A stretch of DNA of 64,000 bases from Gammaproteobacteria bacterium (GCA_963422205.2 CAXMWX010000005.1:192001-256000); one strand, 5' to 3'; shown: positions 34,474-44,700, counted from the stretch's first letter. Translations and numbers: made by a program. The notes: generated from the letters alone by a model not told the origin.

Positions 34474-35024
34474 ACGCCGTCAAGCACATGGCCCTGCTGC
34501 TGCTCATCCTGCTCATGGCCCCAGCTTCTGCCGAGGATATTCAGGTGGCGTATGCCCATGCCAGCCGGGTCGCCGATGCCTGGTACTTAGATGCCAGGAT
34601 TGATTTTGCATTTCATGATGATGTGACGGCCGCATTGAACGCTGGCGTTGATCTGAGCATTGATATTCAGATCCTGATAAAAGAGCAGCGCACCTGGTTA
34701 TGGGACAAGGTGATCAAGGAAAGCCTGATTAAATTCAAGCTGGTGCATCAGCCATTAGCGAACCTGTATATCGTCACGCATGTATCGAACCATCAGCGGG
34801 TGCAGTTTGACGATTTGCAGCTGGCGCTGCGTTATCTGGGCACGATCAACCACCATCGGCTGCTCAATGCCGCCATGATTGATCCGGCGAAGGACTACAT
34901 CAGCCACATCAGCGTACGCCTGAACATGGAAGACTTACCGCCCGCATTAAAACCGGTGGCCTATCTGTCCAACCGCTGGCGGCTTAACAGCCAGGACTAC
35001 ATCTGGCATTTTCAGTCGCCATGA
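34470..35024 (+). CDS. DUF4390 periplasmic protein
   Basis: Signal peptide, LPPALKP...W pattern; conserved rsmB-DUF4390-ntrY synteny. Confidence 0.8.
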   Translation: MNAVKHMALLLLILLMAPASAEDIQVAYAHASRVADAWYLDARIDFAFHDDVTAALNAGVDLSIDIQILIKEQRTWLWDKVIKESLIKFKLVHQPLANLYIVTHVSNHQRVQFDDLQLALRYLGTINHHRLLNAAMIDPAKDYISHISVRLNMEDLPPALKPVAYLSNRWRLNSQDYIWHFQSP

Positions 35025-37207
35025 ACCACAGCGGCAAACACATATTATTCATCGGCATCCTGCTGTTCTGCTTTATGCTGTTCTCGCTGCTGCTGATGAG
35101 CGATTCGCTGCAAAACTCCGAGCGCTTTGGTGACTATTATTCCGGCCTGCTGCTGTTTAATGCTGTCGGTCTGTTCAGTCTTGTCATACTCATTGCGCTG
35201 AATATTCGCTCCTTGTTAAGGCAATTAAAACAGCGCATCGCCGGTGCCAGGATGACTGTACGCATGGTCAGCATGTTCGTCCTGTTGTCCGTCACGCCGG
35301 TCTTGATTCTGTATTATTTCTCCCTGGATTTTCTCCATCGGGGGATAGATAGCTGGTTTGATCTCAGGGTAGAGCAGGCACTGCAAGACTCGCTGGAATT
35401 AAGCCGACTGGCACTGGATACACGCATGAAAGAGCTGCTAAGGCAAACAGAGAAAACCGCCGAAGAGCTCGCCGATATCAGTAACAGCGCCATGGCGTTT
35501 GAGATTGATGGCTACCGCATCCGTAGCGGGGCGGAGGAGTTTACGCTGATGACCAGGCAGGGCAGCATCATCGCCGCCAGCACCAGTGATGCCACCAGCC
35601 TGGTGCCTGAATCGCCCGATGAGACAGTCTTGTTCCAGCTACAACAGGGCAGCAGCTATATCGGTGTGGATCTCATCCAAAATACCAATCTTTCGATCCG
35701 GGTGGTGGTAAATATCCCGGCGAATGATTTTAACCGTGCCGAGCGCATTGTGCAGGTCATCTTCCCGGTGACCGAGCGGGTCAATGAGCTGACCAACAGC
35801 GTGCAGACGGCATTTATTGACTACCAGGAGCTGTCCTATCTGCGTGAGCAGCTAAAAATCAGCTTCATCGTGGTGCTGACCCTTGTCTTGTTATTCAGTA
35901 TCTTCTCGGCGGTCTGGGCAGCGTTTTACTCGGCTCAACGACTGGCCGAGCCAATCCGAGACCTGGCCGAAGGCACCCAGTCTGTGGCCGAAGGCGATTA
36001 CAAAAAACGCCTGCCGGTACACAGCAACGATGAGCTGGGTGTGCTGGTGGCCTCGTTCAATACCATGACCTCGGCTATCGGTGCTGCCCGTGATGCCGCA
36101 AAAGCCAGCCATGAGCAGGCCGAGGCACAGCACAAATATCTGGAGGCGATATTAAGCCGCTTGTCATCCGGTGTCTGGGTGCTGGATGATGCAAAAAACA
36201 TCCGCACGGCAAACATCCGCAGCGGCCGGATCTTAGGCATCGCCATCGATGAGATTATCGGGCATTCACTGGCCGAGGTTGGTACACACCATCCTTACCT
36301 GAAGTCATTATTACAGACATTCTCCGGGCGCATCGATCAAGGCATATCCGACTGGCGTGAACAGAGCACGTTGATCGGCAGCTGTGGCCGGCAGATATTA
36401 ATCTCTACCGGTACGTCACTCACCGTCACCAAAGAGCAGGCGGCGGTCTATGTGATTGTGTTTGATGATGTGACCGCCTTGGTGCAGAGCCAGCGTGATG
36501 CCGCCTGGACTGAGATGGCGAGGCGGCTGGCACATGAGATTAAAAATCCGCTGACCCCGATCAAATTATCTGCCGATCGATTGCGAGACAAATACCTGAC
36601 CACCTTACCCGCCGATCAGGCCAGGATGCTGGACCGGCTGACCACCACCATCATCAATCAAGTCGATACCATGAGGGAGATGGTCGACAGCTTTTCTGAG
36701 TATGCACACACCCCCACCAGGCGCCCGCAACCACTGGATATCAACAGCCTGATCAGAGAGATACTGGATTTGTACAGAAATCTTGATCCCGAAGCGCACA
36801 TTGAACTTGCACTGACAGATGAACTCCCGGCAATCAAGGCAGATGCCGGCCGGCTGCGGCAGGTGTTTAACAATCTTATCCGCAATGCCTTTGATGCCAG
36901 TGCGATCAGGGCGCAAAAGCAACTGGCAATCGCAACAGACAACAAACAGGTGGCGGGGGTAGACTCTATTGAAATCCGCATCAAGGATGCCGGCTGTGGT
37001 TTGGATGAGGCCATCATAGGCAGCCTGTTTGATCCCTATGTGACGACCAAGTCGGATGGGACCGGGCTGGGCTTGCCGATAGTAAAGAAGATCATCGAGG
37101 AACACGGGGGGGCTGTGTGGTTAGAAAATAATACCGATGGCAAGGGTGCCTGTGCAATAATACGGCTGCCGGTGCTGGCAGATGTTGCGATGGCACGCCT
37201 GGCCTGA
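35021..37207 (+). CDS. NtrY-like sensor histidine kinase (HAMP, PAS)
   Basis: GIDSWFD, MARRLAHEIKNPLTPI H-box, GTGLGL G-box. Confidence 0.92.
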   Translation: MNHSGKHILFIGILLFCFMLFSLLLMSDSLQNSERFGDYYSGLLLFNAVGLFSLVILIALNIRSLLRQLKQRIAGARMTVRMVSMFVLLSVTPVLILYYFSLDFLHRGIDSWFDLRVEQALQDSLELSRLALDTRMKELLRQTEKTAEELADISNSAMAFEIDGYRIRSGAEEFTLMTRQGSIIAASTSDATSLVPESPDETVLFQLQQGSSYIGVDLIQNTNLSIRVVVNIPANDFNRAERIVQVIFPVTERVNELTNSVQTAFIDYQELSYLREQLKISFIVVLTLVLLFSIFSAVWAAFYSAQRLAEPIRDLAEGTQSVAEGDYKKRLPVHSNDELGVLVASFNTMTSAIGAARDAAKASHEQAEAQHKYLEAILSRLSSGVWVLDDAKNIRTANIRSGRILGIAIDEIIGHSLAEVGTHHPYLKSLLQTFSGRIDQGISDWREQSTLIGSCGRQILISTGTSLTVTKEQAAVYVIVFDDVTALVQSQRDAAWTEMARRLAHEIKNPLTPIKLSADRLRDKYLTTLPADQARMLDRLTTTIINQVDTMREMVDSFSEYAHTPTRRPQPLDINSLIREILDLYRNLDPEAHIELALTDELPAIKADAGRLRQVFNNLIRNAFDASAIRAQKQLAIATDNKQVAGVDSIEIRIKDAGCGLDEAIIGSLFDPYVTTKSDGTGLGLPIVKKIIEEHGGAVWLENNTDGKGACAIIRLPVLADVAMARLA

Positions 37208-37229
37208 TCGCAAGCAGGTAAGTTAAATA

Positions 37230-38543
37230 ATGGCCGATAAAATTTTAGTCGTTGACGATGAGAGCGAAATCCGCCAGCTTATCGAGGAGATTCTTGTGGA
37301 TGAAGGCTATGAGGTGGCGACCGCCGAAAATGGCACAGAGGCCCGCCGCCAGTTGGAAAAAACACGCCCGGATCTGATCCTGCTGGACATCTGGATGCCG
37401 GATATTGATGGTATCTCCGTGCTCAAGGAATGGCAGGGAAAAGACCGGATGACCGCCCCGGTGATCATGATGTCCGGCCACGGCAATGTTGAGACCGCGG
37501 TCGAAGCCACCCGGCTGGGGGCGTATGATTATCTGGAAAAACCCTTATCGCTGGCCAAGTTGCTGCTTACCATCAAAAACGCCCTGAATGCCCACCGGCT
37601 GAAAACTGAAAACCAGCGACTGAAACATACCCGCACGCCAACACCGGAGATCATCGGCAAAAGCGAAAAGATCACGCATTTAAGAGAACAGATCAGCCGC
37701 ATCATCGATCTTAACACCCCGGTATTATTGCTGGGAGGGTCCGGCACGGACAAAGAATCCATCGCCAGATACATACACATCAACAGCAAGCGCAGCACAG
37801 CGCCCTTTATTGCCGTCAATGCCGCCACGCTTGCCAGTGAAGCTGACATGGCAGCAGTCTTTGCTGAGGCGGGCGGTGGTGTGGTCTTTGTTAAAGATAT
37901 CGCAGATCTTGACCTGCAAATGCAGACCGCACTGCACCGCATCCTCGATCAACAGCGCCCGCCGGCGGTTCGGGCCGATAGCCCGCAGCAACCCGATGCC
38001 AGGCTGATTGCGGCCAGCCGGAAAGACCTGAAGCTGGCGGCAGATGAGGGCAGTTTCAAAGATGCCCTGTTGTTTCAGTTAAATATTGTGCCGTTGAAAA
38101 TCCCCATGCTGCGTGAGCATTATGAGGATGTGCCGGAGTTGCTGGAATACTATGCCAATTTTTTCGCCCAGAGCGATGGCCTGCCCTACCGGCATTTCTC
38201 CACCGCCGCCCAAAACCGGCTGCGCCATTATGGCTGGCCGGGCAATATCCGGGAGTTACGCAATCTGGTGCAGCGGCTGATGATCCTGGGCAATGCCGAG
38301 ACCATCGAGTTGGACGAGGTTGATGTCGTGCTGGGAGAGCAACCTGCACGCCGCAACGCTGATGATCTCAGTAATTTTGATCTGCCCCTGCGGGAAGCCA
38401 GAGAGAATTTTGAAAAAGCCTACCTTAAATATCAACTCAAACAATCCAATGGCAGCGTCAGCAAAATTGCCAGGACCGTCGGCATGGAACGCACCCATCT
38501 GTACAGAAAACTGAAATCCCTCGGCATCGACATCAAAAGCTGA
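37230..38543 (+). CDS. NtrX-like response regulator (REC, degenerate AAA+, Fis HTH)
   Basis: LLDIWMP receiver, WPGNIREL, ERTHLYRKLK. Confidence 0.92.
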   Translation: MADKILVVDDESEIRQLIEEILVDEGYEVATAENGTEARRQLEKTRPDLILLDIWMPDIDGISVLKEWQGKDRMTAPVIMMSGHGNVETAVEATRLGAYDYLEKPLSLAKLLLTIKNALNAHRLKTENQRLKHTRTPTPEIIGKSEKITHLREQISRIIDLNTPVLLLGGSGTDKESIARYIHINSKRSTAPFIAVNAATLASEADMAAVFAEAGGGVVFVKDIADLDLQMQTALHRILDQQRPPAVRADSPQQPDARLIAASRKDLKLAADEGSFKDALLFQLNIVPLKIPMLREHYEDVPELLEYYANFFAQSDGLPYRHFSTAAQNRLRHYGWPGNIRELRNLVQRLMILGNAETIELDEVDVVLGEQPARRNADDLSNFDLPLREARENFEKAYLKYQLKQSNGSVSKIARTVGMERTHLYRKLKSLGIDIKS

Positions 38544-38620
38544 TGCTGGCCTCTTTAACTGGCAACAGGCAAACGATGAGAACTGCCCCCGCCCCAGTCC
38601 GGCAGAGAAATTAAAAACTC

Positions 38621-39994
38621 ATGAAAATTATCATCCTGGGCGCCGGTCAGGTGGGCGCCTCTGTCGCGGCCAACCTGTGTGGTGAAGCCAACGATATCAC
38701 GGTGATCGATCGCAACCCGGACGTATTGAGCACCCTGCAGGAAAAGTACGATCTAAAAGCCATCACCGGCCAGGCATCACACCCCTCCATACTGACACAC
38801 GCCGGTGCCAACGATGCCGATATGATCATTGCGGTCACCAACAGTGATGAGACCAATATGATCGCCTGCCAAGTGGCTTATACCTTGTTTCACACACCGA
38901 CCAAAATTGCCCGGATCAGAAATGTCGAATACCTGCGAAATAACGCATTGTTTACCCAGGACGCCCTGCCGATTGATGTCCTCATCAGCCCGGAACAACT
39001 GGTCACGGACTACGTTGCCAGACTGATCAGTTTTCCCGGTGCCTTGCAGGTGCTGGACTTTGCCGATGGCAAGGCGCAGATGGTGGCCGTGCGGGTCAGT
39101 GCCGAGAGCATTCTGCTGAATAAAAAAATAGCCGCGCTCTGTCATTATCTGCCGGTTAATGATTTTCGCATCGTCTCTATCTTCCGTCACGGGCAGGCGA
39201 TTATCCCGGATGGCGACAGCCATATTCAGATGGATGATGAGGTCTTTATTATTGGCGCACCGAAGCATATCAAAAGCCTGCTAAAGCCAATCCGGCCATT
39301 GGATAAACCGGTAAAACGCGTGATGCTCGCCAGCGGCGGCAACATCGGCATGCGTCTGGCACGTGCGCTGGAGGCAAAATACCGGGTCAAGGTGATTGAA
39401 CTCTCGCCCACCCAGGCCAATAAAGCCGCCGAGGATTTAAAACACACCATCGTGCTGCACGGCGATGCCGCTGATGAGGAGTTGCTCATGGAAGAGAACA
39501 TTGACCAGACCGATGTTTTTTGTGCGCTCACCAATGCCGATACTGCCAATATCATTTCCTGTATGCTGGCAAAACGCTTAGGGGCGGCCAAGGTGCTGGC
39601 GCTGATTAACCGTGCCTCTTATGTCGATTTGGTGCAAAGCAATGTCATCGATATCGCCATATCCCCGCAACAGGCCACCATCGGCAGCCTGCTGGCCCAT
39701 ATCAGAAAAGGGGATGTGGTCGTTGTGCATTCACTGCGGCGGGGTGCCGCCGAGGCGATAGAGGCGATCGCCCACGGTGATCGCAAATCATCCAAAGTGG
39801 TTGGCCGCAGCATTGAAGAAATCGCCTTGCCGCCCAAGACCAGCATCGGGGCGATCGTCCGGGGGGATGATGTGATTATCGCCCATCATGACACGGTGAT
39901 TGCGCCCGAAGACCATGTCATCCTGCTGGTTGCCGATAAAAAACAGGTGCCCGAGGTAGAAGCCCTGTTCCAGGTTGGCGTCACCTTCCTGTAG
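38621..39994 (+). CDS. trkA: Trk potassium transporter NAD-binding subunit
   Basis: MKIIILGAGQVG, SLRRGAAEAIE. Confidence 0.98.
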   Translation: MKIIILGAGQVGASVAANLCGEANDITVIDRNPDVLSTLQEKYDLKAITGQASHPSILTHAGANDADMIIAVTNSDETNMIACQVAYTLFHTPTKIARIRNVEYLRNNALFTQDALPIDVLISPEQLVTDYVARLISFPGALQVLDFADGKAQMVAVRVSAESILLNKKIAALCHYLPVNDFRIVSIFRHGQAIIPDGDSHIQMDDEVFIIGAPKHIKSLLKPIRPLDKPVKRVMLASGGNIGMRLARALEAKYRVKVIELSPTQANKAAEDLKHTIVLHGDAADEELLMEENIDQTDVFCALTNADTANIISCMLAKRLGAAKVLALINRASYVDLVQSNVIDIAISPQQATIGSLLAHIRKGDVVVVHSLRRGAAEAIEAIAHGDRKSSKVVGRSIEEIALPPKTSIGAIVRGDDVIIAHHDTVIAPEDHVILLVADKKQVPEVEALFQVGVTFL

Positions 39995-39998
39995 CCAG

Positions 39999-41450
39999 AT
40001 GCAGTTCGCCGTGATACAAAAAATTCTTGGCCTGTTGCTGGCACTGTTCAGCATCACCATGTTGCCACCGCTGCTGATCAGCCTGATCAGTCAGGACGGG
40101 GTCAGCCGGGTCTTCCTGTCTGCCTTCGGTATCATCCTTGCCATCGGCCTGCTGTTGTGGCTGCCCGTCAGGCAGGCTAATAAGGAATTACGCCTGCGCG
40201 ATGGGTTTATTGTGGTGGTGCTGTTCTGGGCTGGCCTCGGCTTAATTGGTGCCACCCCGTTTGTGCTGTTGCCGGAGCCTAAGATCAGCCTCACCGATGC
40301 GGTGTTTGAGTCCTTATCCGGGCTGACAACCACCGGTGCCACCGTGCTGACCGGCATCGATGCCCTGCCACGTTCGATTTTATTTTATCGCCAGCAACTG
40401 CAATGGCTGGGCGGGATGGGGATTATCGTGCTGGCGGTGGCCATCTTGCCCATGCTGGGTATCGGTGGTATGCAGTTATATCGGGCCGAATCCCCGGGGC
40501 CGGTAAAAGACACCAAGCTGACGCCACGTATTACCGAAACCGCCAAGGCGCTGTGGTATATCTACCTGTGCCTGACGATAGCGTGCGGCGGGCTGTATTT
40601 TCTGGCCGGCATGAGCTGGTTTGATGCCATTGGTCACAGCTTCTCCACCGTCTCCATCGGCGGCTTCTCCACCCATGATGCCAGCATCGGGTATTATGAA
40701 AGCCGGCTGATTGATTATATTGCCGTGCTGTTCATGATGCTCTCCGGCATCAACTTTACCCTGCACTTTGTCGCCTGGCGCCGCCGCTCAATCCGCGGCT
40801 ATCTGCGCGATTCTGAACTAAAAATGTTCTTCTCCGTGCTGCTGATCATCTGCATGATTACCTGCCTGTATCTGCTCTATGCCAACACCTACGACAGCCC
40901 GGTTGATGCCATTACCCACGGCATCTTCCAGACCATCTCCATCACCACCACCACCGGCTTCACCACCACAACGTATCAGGACTGGCCAACCTTCCTGCCC
41001 GTGCTGCTGATCTTTGCCAGTTTTATGGGCGCCTGTGCCGGTTCAACCGGCGGCGGCCTGAAAGTCATTCGCATCCTGCTGCTGTGTAAACAGGGCGGGC
41101 GTGAGATCAAAAAACTGGTACACCCGAATGCGGTTATGCACATCAAGATCAGCGGTAAACCGGTCAACGAGACTGTGATCAATGCGGTCTGGGGATTCTT
41201 TGCCGCCTATGTCGGCATCTTCATCCTGCTGCTGCTGTTAATGATGGCCACCGGCATGGATCAGGTCACGTCATTTTCAGCCGTGGCCGCCTGCCTGAAT
41301 AACCTTGGCCCCGGCCTCGGCGATGTCAGCACACACTACGGCGGCATAGATGCACTGGCCAAATGGTTACTCTGCTTCGCCATGTTATTGGGTCGGCTGG
41401 AAATCTTCACCTTGCTGGTATTACTCACCCCAACATTCTGGCGCAAATAA
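39999..41450 (+). CDS. trkH: Trk potassium transporter membrane subunit
   Basis: SGLTTTGA, QWLGGMG, GSTGGGLK, LGRLE. Confidence 0.98.
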   Translation: MQFAVIQKILGLLLALFSITMLPPLLISLISQDGVSRVFLSAFGIILAIGLLLWLPVRQANKELRLRDGFIVVVLFWAGLGLIGATPFVLLPEPKISLTDAVFESLSGLTTTGATVLTGIDALPRSILFYRQQLQWLGGMGIIVLAVAILPMLGIGGMQLYRAESPGPVKDTKLTPRITETAKALWYIYLCLTIACGGLYFLAGMSWFDAIGHSFSTVSIGGFSTHDASIGYYESRLIDYIAVLFMMLSGINFTLHFVAWRRRSIRGYLRDSELKMFFSVLLIICMITCLYLLYANTYDSPVDAITHGIFQTISITTTTGFTTTTYQDWPTFLPVLLIFASFMGACAGSTGGGLKVIRILLLCKQGGREIKKLVHPNAVMHIKISGKPVNETVINAVWGFFAAYVGIFILLLLLMMATGMDQVTSFSAVAACLNNLGPGLGDVSTHYGGIDALAKWLLCFAMLLGRLEIFTLLVLLTPTFWRK

Positions 41451-42031
41451 TGGCGGCTGCCGAGCGCGAAAAATGGAATGCCATCTATGCAGACAAGGCC
41501 GCGGCTGATGTTAAGGCGGCCTGGGTATTGCAGCAGCATCGCTGGTTATTGCCGGCGGGCGGGCGGGCGCTGGACCTTGCCTGTGGTCGTGGTGGTAATG
41601 CCTTGCTGATGGCCGCACAGGGCCTGGAAACCGAGGCGTGGGATATCTCTGATACAGCCATTAGGCAGTTACAACAACGGGCGGCGCACAGCGGACTGAG
41701 ATTAACGGCAGAGCAACGGGATGTCACCGCCCGGCCGCCAGCTGGCAACAGTTTTGATGTGATCGTCATCTCACGTTTTCTTGAACGTCAACTGCTGCCG
41801 GTGCTGCCTGCTGCCCTGCGACCATCCGGCCTGTTGTTCTACCAGAGCTTTGTTAAGGAAAAAACCCGGCAAGTCGGCCCCAGCAACCCAGACTACCTGC
41901 TGGGGCCGAATGAGTTGTTACGGGCGTTTGCCGATCTGCACCTTATTTACTACCTGGAAGCCGGCACGACCGGCAACCCCGCCGAGGGCCAGCGCAATGA
42001 AGCCATGCTGATCGCACAAAGGCGAGACTGA
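41450..42031 (+). CDS. Class I SAM-dependent methyltransferase (TehB-like)
   Basis: ALDLACGRGGNA motif I, KWNxxY N-terminus; TAATG overlap with trkH. Confidence 0.85.
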   Translation: MAAAEREKWNAIYADKAAADVKAAWVLQQHRWLLPAGGRALDLACGRGGNALLMAAQGLETEAWDISDTAIRQLQQRAAHSGLRLTAEQRDVTARPPAGNSFDVIVISRFLERQLLPVLPAALRPSGLLFYQSFVKEKTRQVGPSNPDYLLGPNELLRAFADLHLIYYLEAGTTGNPAEGQRNEAMLIAQRRD

Positions 42032-42067
42032 ACCTGCGCCCCGCCTGGCAGCCGGGTAGCCCATGGC

Positions 42068-43033
42068 TCACTGCCCGGACAGGGCGGCATCATCATGGCA
42101 TGCCAGCGTGCCGATCAACTCACGCACGTTCGCCATGCCGTGTTGCTGTAGATAATCAACGATGCCCTGGTTGATGGTCTTGCAGATCAGCGGCTCATAG
42201 AACAGCGCAGTACCGAGCCCGATCCCGGTGGCACCGGCGATCAGAAACTCAAGGGCATCCGCAGTCGAAGTGATCCCGCCCTGGCCTATGATGGGGATGT
42301 TATGCTGCTGGCAGACCTGGTAGACCTGATGCACCATCAGCAGGGCAATCGGCCTGATGGCCGGGCCGGACAGGCCGCCCTGATTATTGCCGATGACCGG
42401 CTGGCGGCGGTGTATGTCAATCGTCATGCCCATCACCGTGTTGATCACGGAAAATGCATCGCTGCCGGCCTCAATACATTGCCGGGCGCTCTCGGCGATA
42501 TCGGTCTGGTTGGGGGATAACTTGGTGATCAGCGGCTTGCTCGTGGCCTGTCTGCACACCTCAACCACCCGGGCCGACAGTGCCGGATAATTGCCGAACA
42601 TCACCCCGCCCTGCTTCACATTCGGGCAGGAAATATTGATTTCAATCGCATCAATAGGGGAGTCATCAAAAATACGGGCCACCTGCTCATACTCTTCCAG
42701 GGTAGCACCGCAGATATTGGCAATAAAACGCGTCTCGGCAAAATCCAGTACGGGCAGACAGTCCGCCACCACGCGACGTGCGCCGGGGTTTTGCAGGCCA
42801 ATCGCATTCAACATTCCCATGGGGGTTTCGGCAAGGCGATGCGGGTTATTGCCCAGCCGGGGTTCCAGGGTTGTGCCTTTCAGGCAAATCGCACCGGCCT
42901 CCCGGTTGGAAAAACCCTGCACCCGGGTATATTCTTCGCCAAAACCGACACAGCCGGAGAGCAACACCAGCGGCGAATTAAATGCCAGGCCACAAAAATC
43001 CAGGGCGAGTTTACTGTCAGGTGCTGTTGTCAT
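42068..43033 (-). CDS. pyrD: Dihydroorotate dehydrogenase, class 1 (cytosolic) catalytic subunit
   Basis: MLNAIGLQNPG, EINISCPN, KLSPN, GGLSGPAI. Confidence 0.92.
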   Translation of the reverse strand: MTTAPDSKLALDFCGLAFNSPLVLLSGCVGFGEEYTRVQGFSNREAGAICLKGTTLEPRLGNNPHRLAETPMGMLNAIGLQNPGARRVVADCLPVLDFAETRFIANICGATLEEYEQVARIFDDSPIDAIEINISCPNVKQGGVMFGNYPALSARVVEVCRQATSKPLITKLSPNQTDIAESARQCIEAGSDAFSVINTVMGMTIDIHRRQPVIGNNQGGLSGPAIRPIALLMVHQVYQVCQQHNIPIIGQGGITSTADALEFLIAGATGIGLGTALFYEPLICKTINQGIVDYLQQHGMANVRELIGTLACHDDAALSGQ

Positions 43034-43122
43034 TACCCCGTGGCCTGCGTTAATTAATGGATCGCCCGGGCTGGACTATCATCAATCTGCCAACGTAAAC
43101 CTGCACCCATCATTTGCCGATT

Positions 43123-44196
43123 TTATTGCCCGCCATCATCGCCTGTGCGGCTTGGGTCAGGCTCGCCCACACGTGCTAACCCGCCTATTCCTTTTGTCTC
43201 CCTGGCCATTTCTCTGGCCAGCAGATTCGCCACGCCTTGTGCCGGTGAGAGTTCGGCATCAATCACCTGCCTGACCTGGGTACTGATCGGCATCTCCACA
43301 TGATACAGGGCCGCCAGCTCACACACCACGCCTGCCGTCTTCACCCCCTCAATCGCCTGCCCAATCTCAGCGCTGGCCTGCGCCGGCGTCTCCCCCCTGG
43401 CCAGCGCCAGCCCAAAGCGCCGATTGCGCGACTGATTATCGGTGCATGTCAAGACCAAATCGCCCAGGCCCGCCAGCCCCATAAACGTCTCTGCCCGGCC
43501 ACCCATGGCAACGCCCAGACGGGTGATCTCGGCCAGGCCACGCGCAATCAATGCCGCCCGTGTATTGGCACCGAAACCCAGCCCATCGGCAATGCCGGCG
43601 GCAATCGCCAGCACATTTTTTACTGCCCCGCCCACCTGCACCCCCACCACATCATCATGGGTATAAATACGAAACTTATCGTTATGAAATAAGCCGGCAA
43701 ATTCGGCGGCAACGCTGGCCTGCTCTGCCGCCACCGTGACCGCCGTGGGCAAACCTTGTGCAACCTCGCCAGCAAACGATGGCCCGGACAGGATGGCCAG
43801 CTCAGCCAGCGGCAGATAATCCTGCACCAGGGTATGGTTTAAGTGTAATGTGGCTGGCTGCATGCCTTTACACGCCAGGCAGATTTTCAGTGTGCGTTGC
43901 GGGCCGGCCGCCAGGCTTTGCAAAACCGCTGGCAAGGCATCACAGGGCGAGGCAATCACGATATGGCTCACCCCATCCGGCAGGGGCTGGCATACATGCA
44001 CGGGTTGCAAACACGCAGGAAACGGGACCCCCGGCAGGTGGTGATGATTGCGGCGCTCGGCGATCAGGCGCACCATGTGTGCAGGTGCACTATCCCATAG
44101 CAGGGTATGCCGACCATTACGCGCCAGCACCAGTGCCAGGGCCGTACCCCACGAACCGGCACCGATAACCAATACCGAAGCAAGTTGCCGGCTCAG
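43123..44196 (-). CDS. gpsA: NAD(P)H-dependent glycerol-3-phosphate dehydrogenase; probable CTG start (alternative TTG 44172)
   Basis: VIGAGSWG, SGPSFA, KNVLAIAAG, GDLVLTC, SRN. Confidence 0.96.
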   Translation of the reverse strand: MSRQLASVLVIGAGSWGTALALVLARNGRHTLLWDSAPAHMVRLIAERRNHHHLPGVPFPACLQPVHVCQPLPDGVSHIVIASPCDALPAVLQSLAAGPQRTLKICLACKGMQPATLHLNHTLVQDYLPLAELAILSGPSFAGEVAQGLPTAVTVAAEQASVAAEFAGLFHNDKFRIYTHDDVVGVQVGGAVKNVLAIAAGIADGLGFGANTRAALIARGLAEITRLGVAMGGRAETFMGLAGLGDLVLTCTDNQSRNRRFGLALARGETPAQASAEIGQAIEGVKTAGVVCELAALYHVEMPISTQVRQVIDAELSPAQGVANLLAREMARETKGIGGLARVGEPDPSRTGDDGGQ

Positions 44197-44651
44197 TGTT
44201 TTTGCGCCTCTTCCGCCAGTCTCTCCTGATGCCTTAAATACAGCGCCTCAAAATTCACCGGCGCCAGCAATAATTGCGGAAATCCGGCGCGGGTAACCAA
44301 ATCAGACACCACCTCGCGGGCAAAAGGAAATAAAATATTCAGGCAGACGGTGGCGGCCATCCGGGCAATCATATCGTTGGCAAAGCCGGCGATATGAAAG
44401 ATCCCCGCCTGTTGCACCTCAACCAGATACACGGGCTTGTCCTGTGCGCTCACTGTCACTGTGATCGACAAACACACCTCATACAGGGAGTCGGCCACGG
44501 CATCCACCGCATTGGATAAATCCATATTGACCGCCGGCTCCCATTGCTGCTGAAATATCTGCGGGCTGGCCGGGGTCTCCAGCGACATGTCTTTTAAGTA
44601 AATCTTTTCAATAGCAAACTGACCGGCGTTTGCGGCCTGCTCATCGGACAT
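44193..44651 (-). CDS. secB: Protein-export chaperone SecB
   Basis: IYLKDMSLETP, LFPFARE, PVNFEALY. Confidence 0.97.
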   Translation of the reverse strand: MSDEQAANAGQFAIEKIYLKDMSLETPASPQIFQQQWEPAVNMDLSNAVDAVADSLYEVCLSITVTVSAQDKPVYLVEVQQAGIFHIAGFANDMIARMAATVCLNILFPFAREVVSDLVTRAGFPQLLLAPVNFEALYLRHQERLAEEAQKH

Positions 44652-44700
44652 GATGTCCAGCCTCCTTATAGCAACGCCTGTTATACACGAACCTGCCCTG

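Noticed and set aside
26209-42105. Recurring GGCATGCC palindrome (26211, 30415, 42097)
   Set aside because: Three noticed copies of an 8-mer in 64 kb is near chance and the flanks are not shared, so it is not a supportable REP family.
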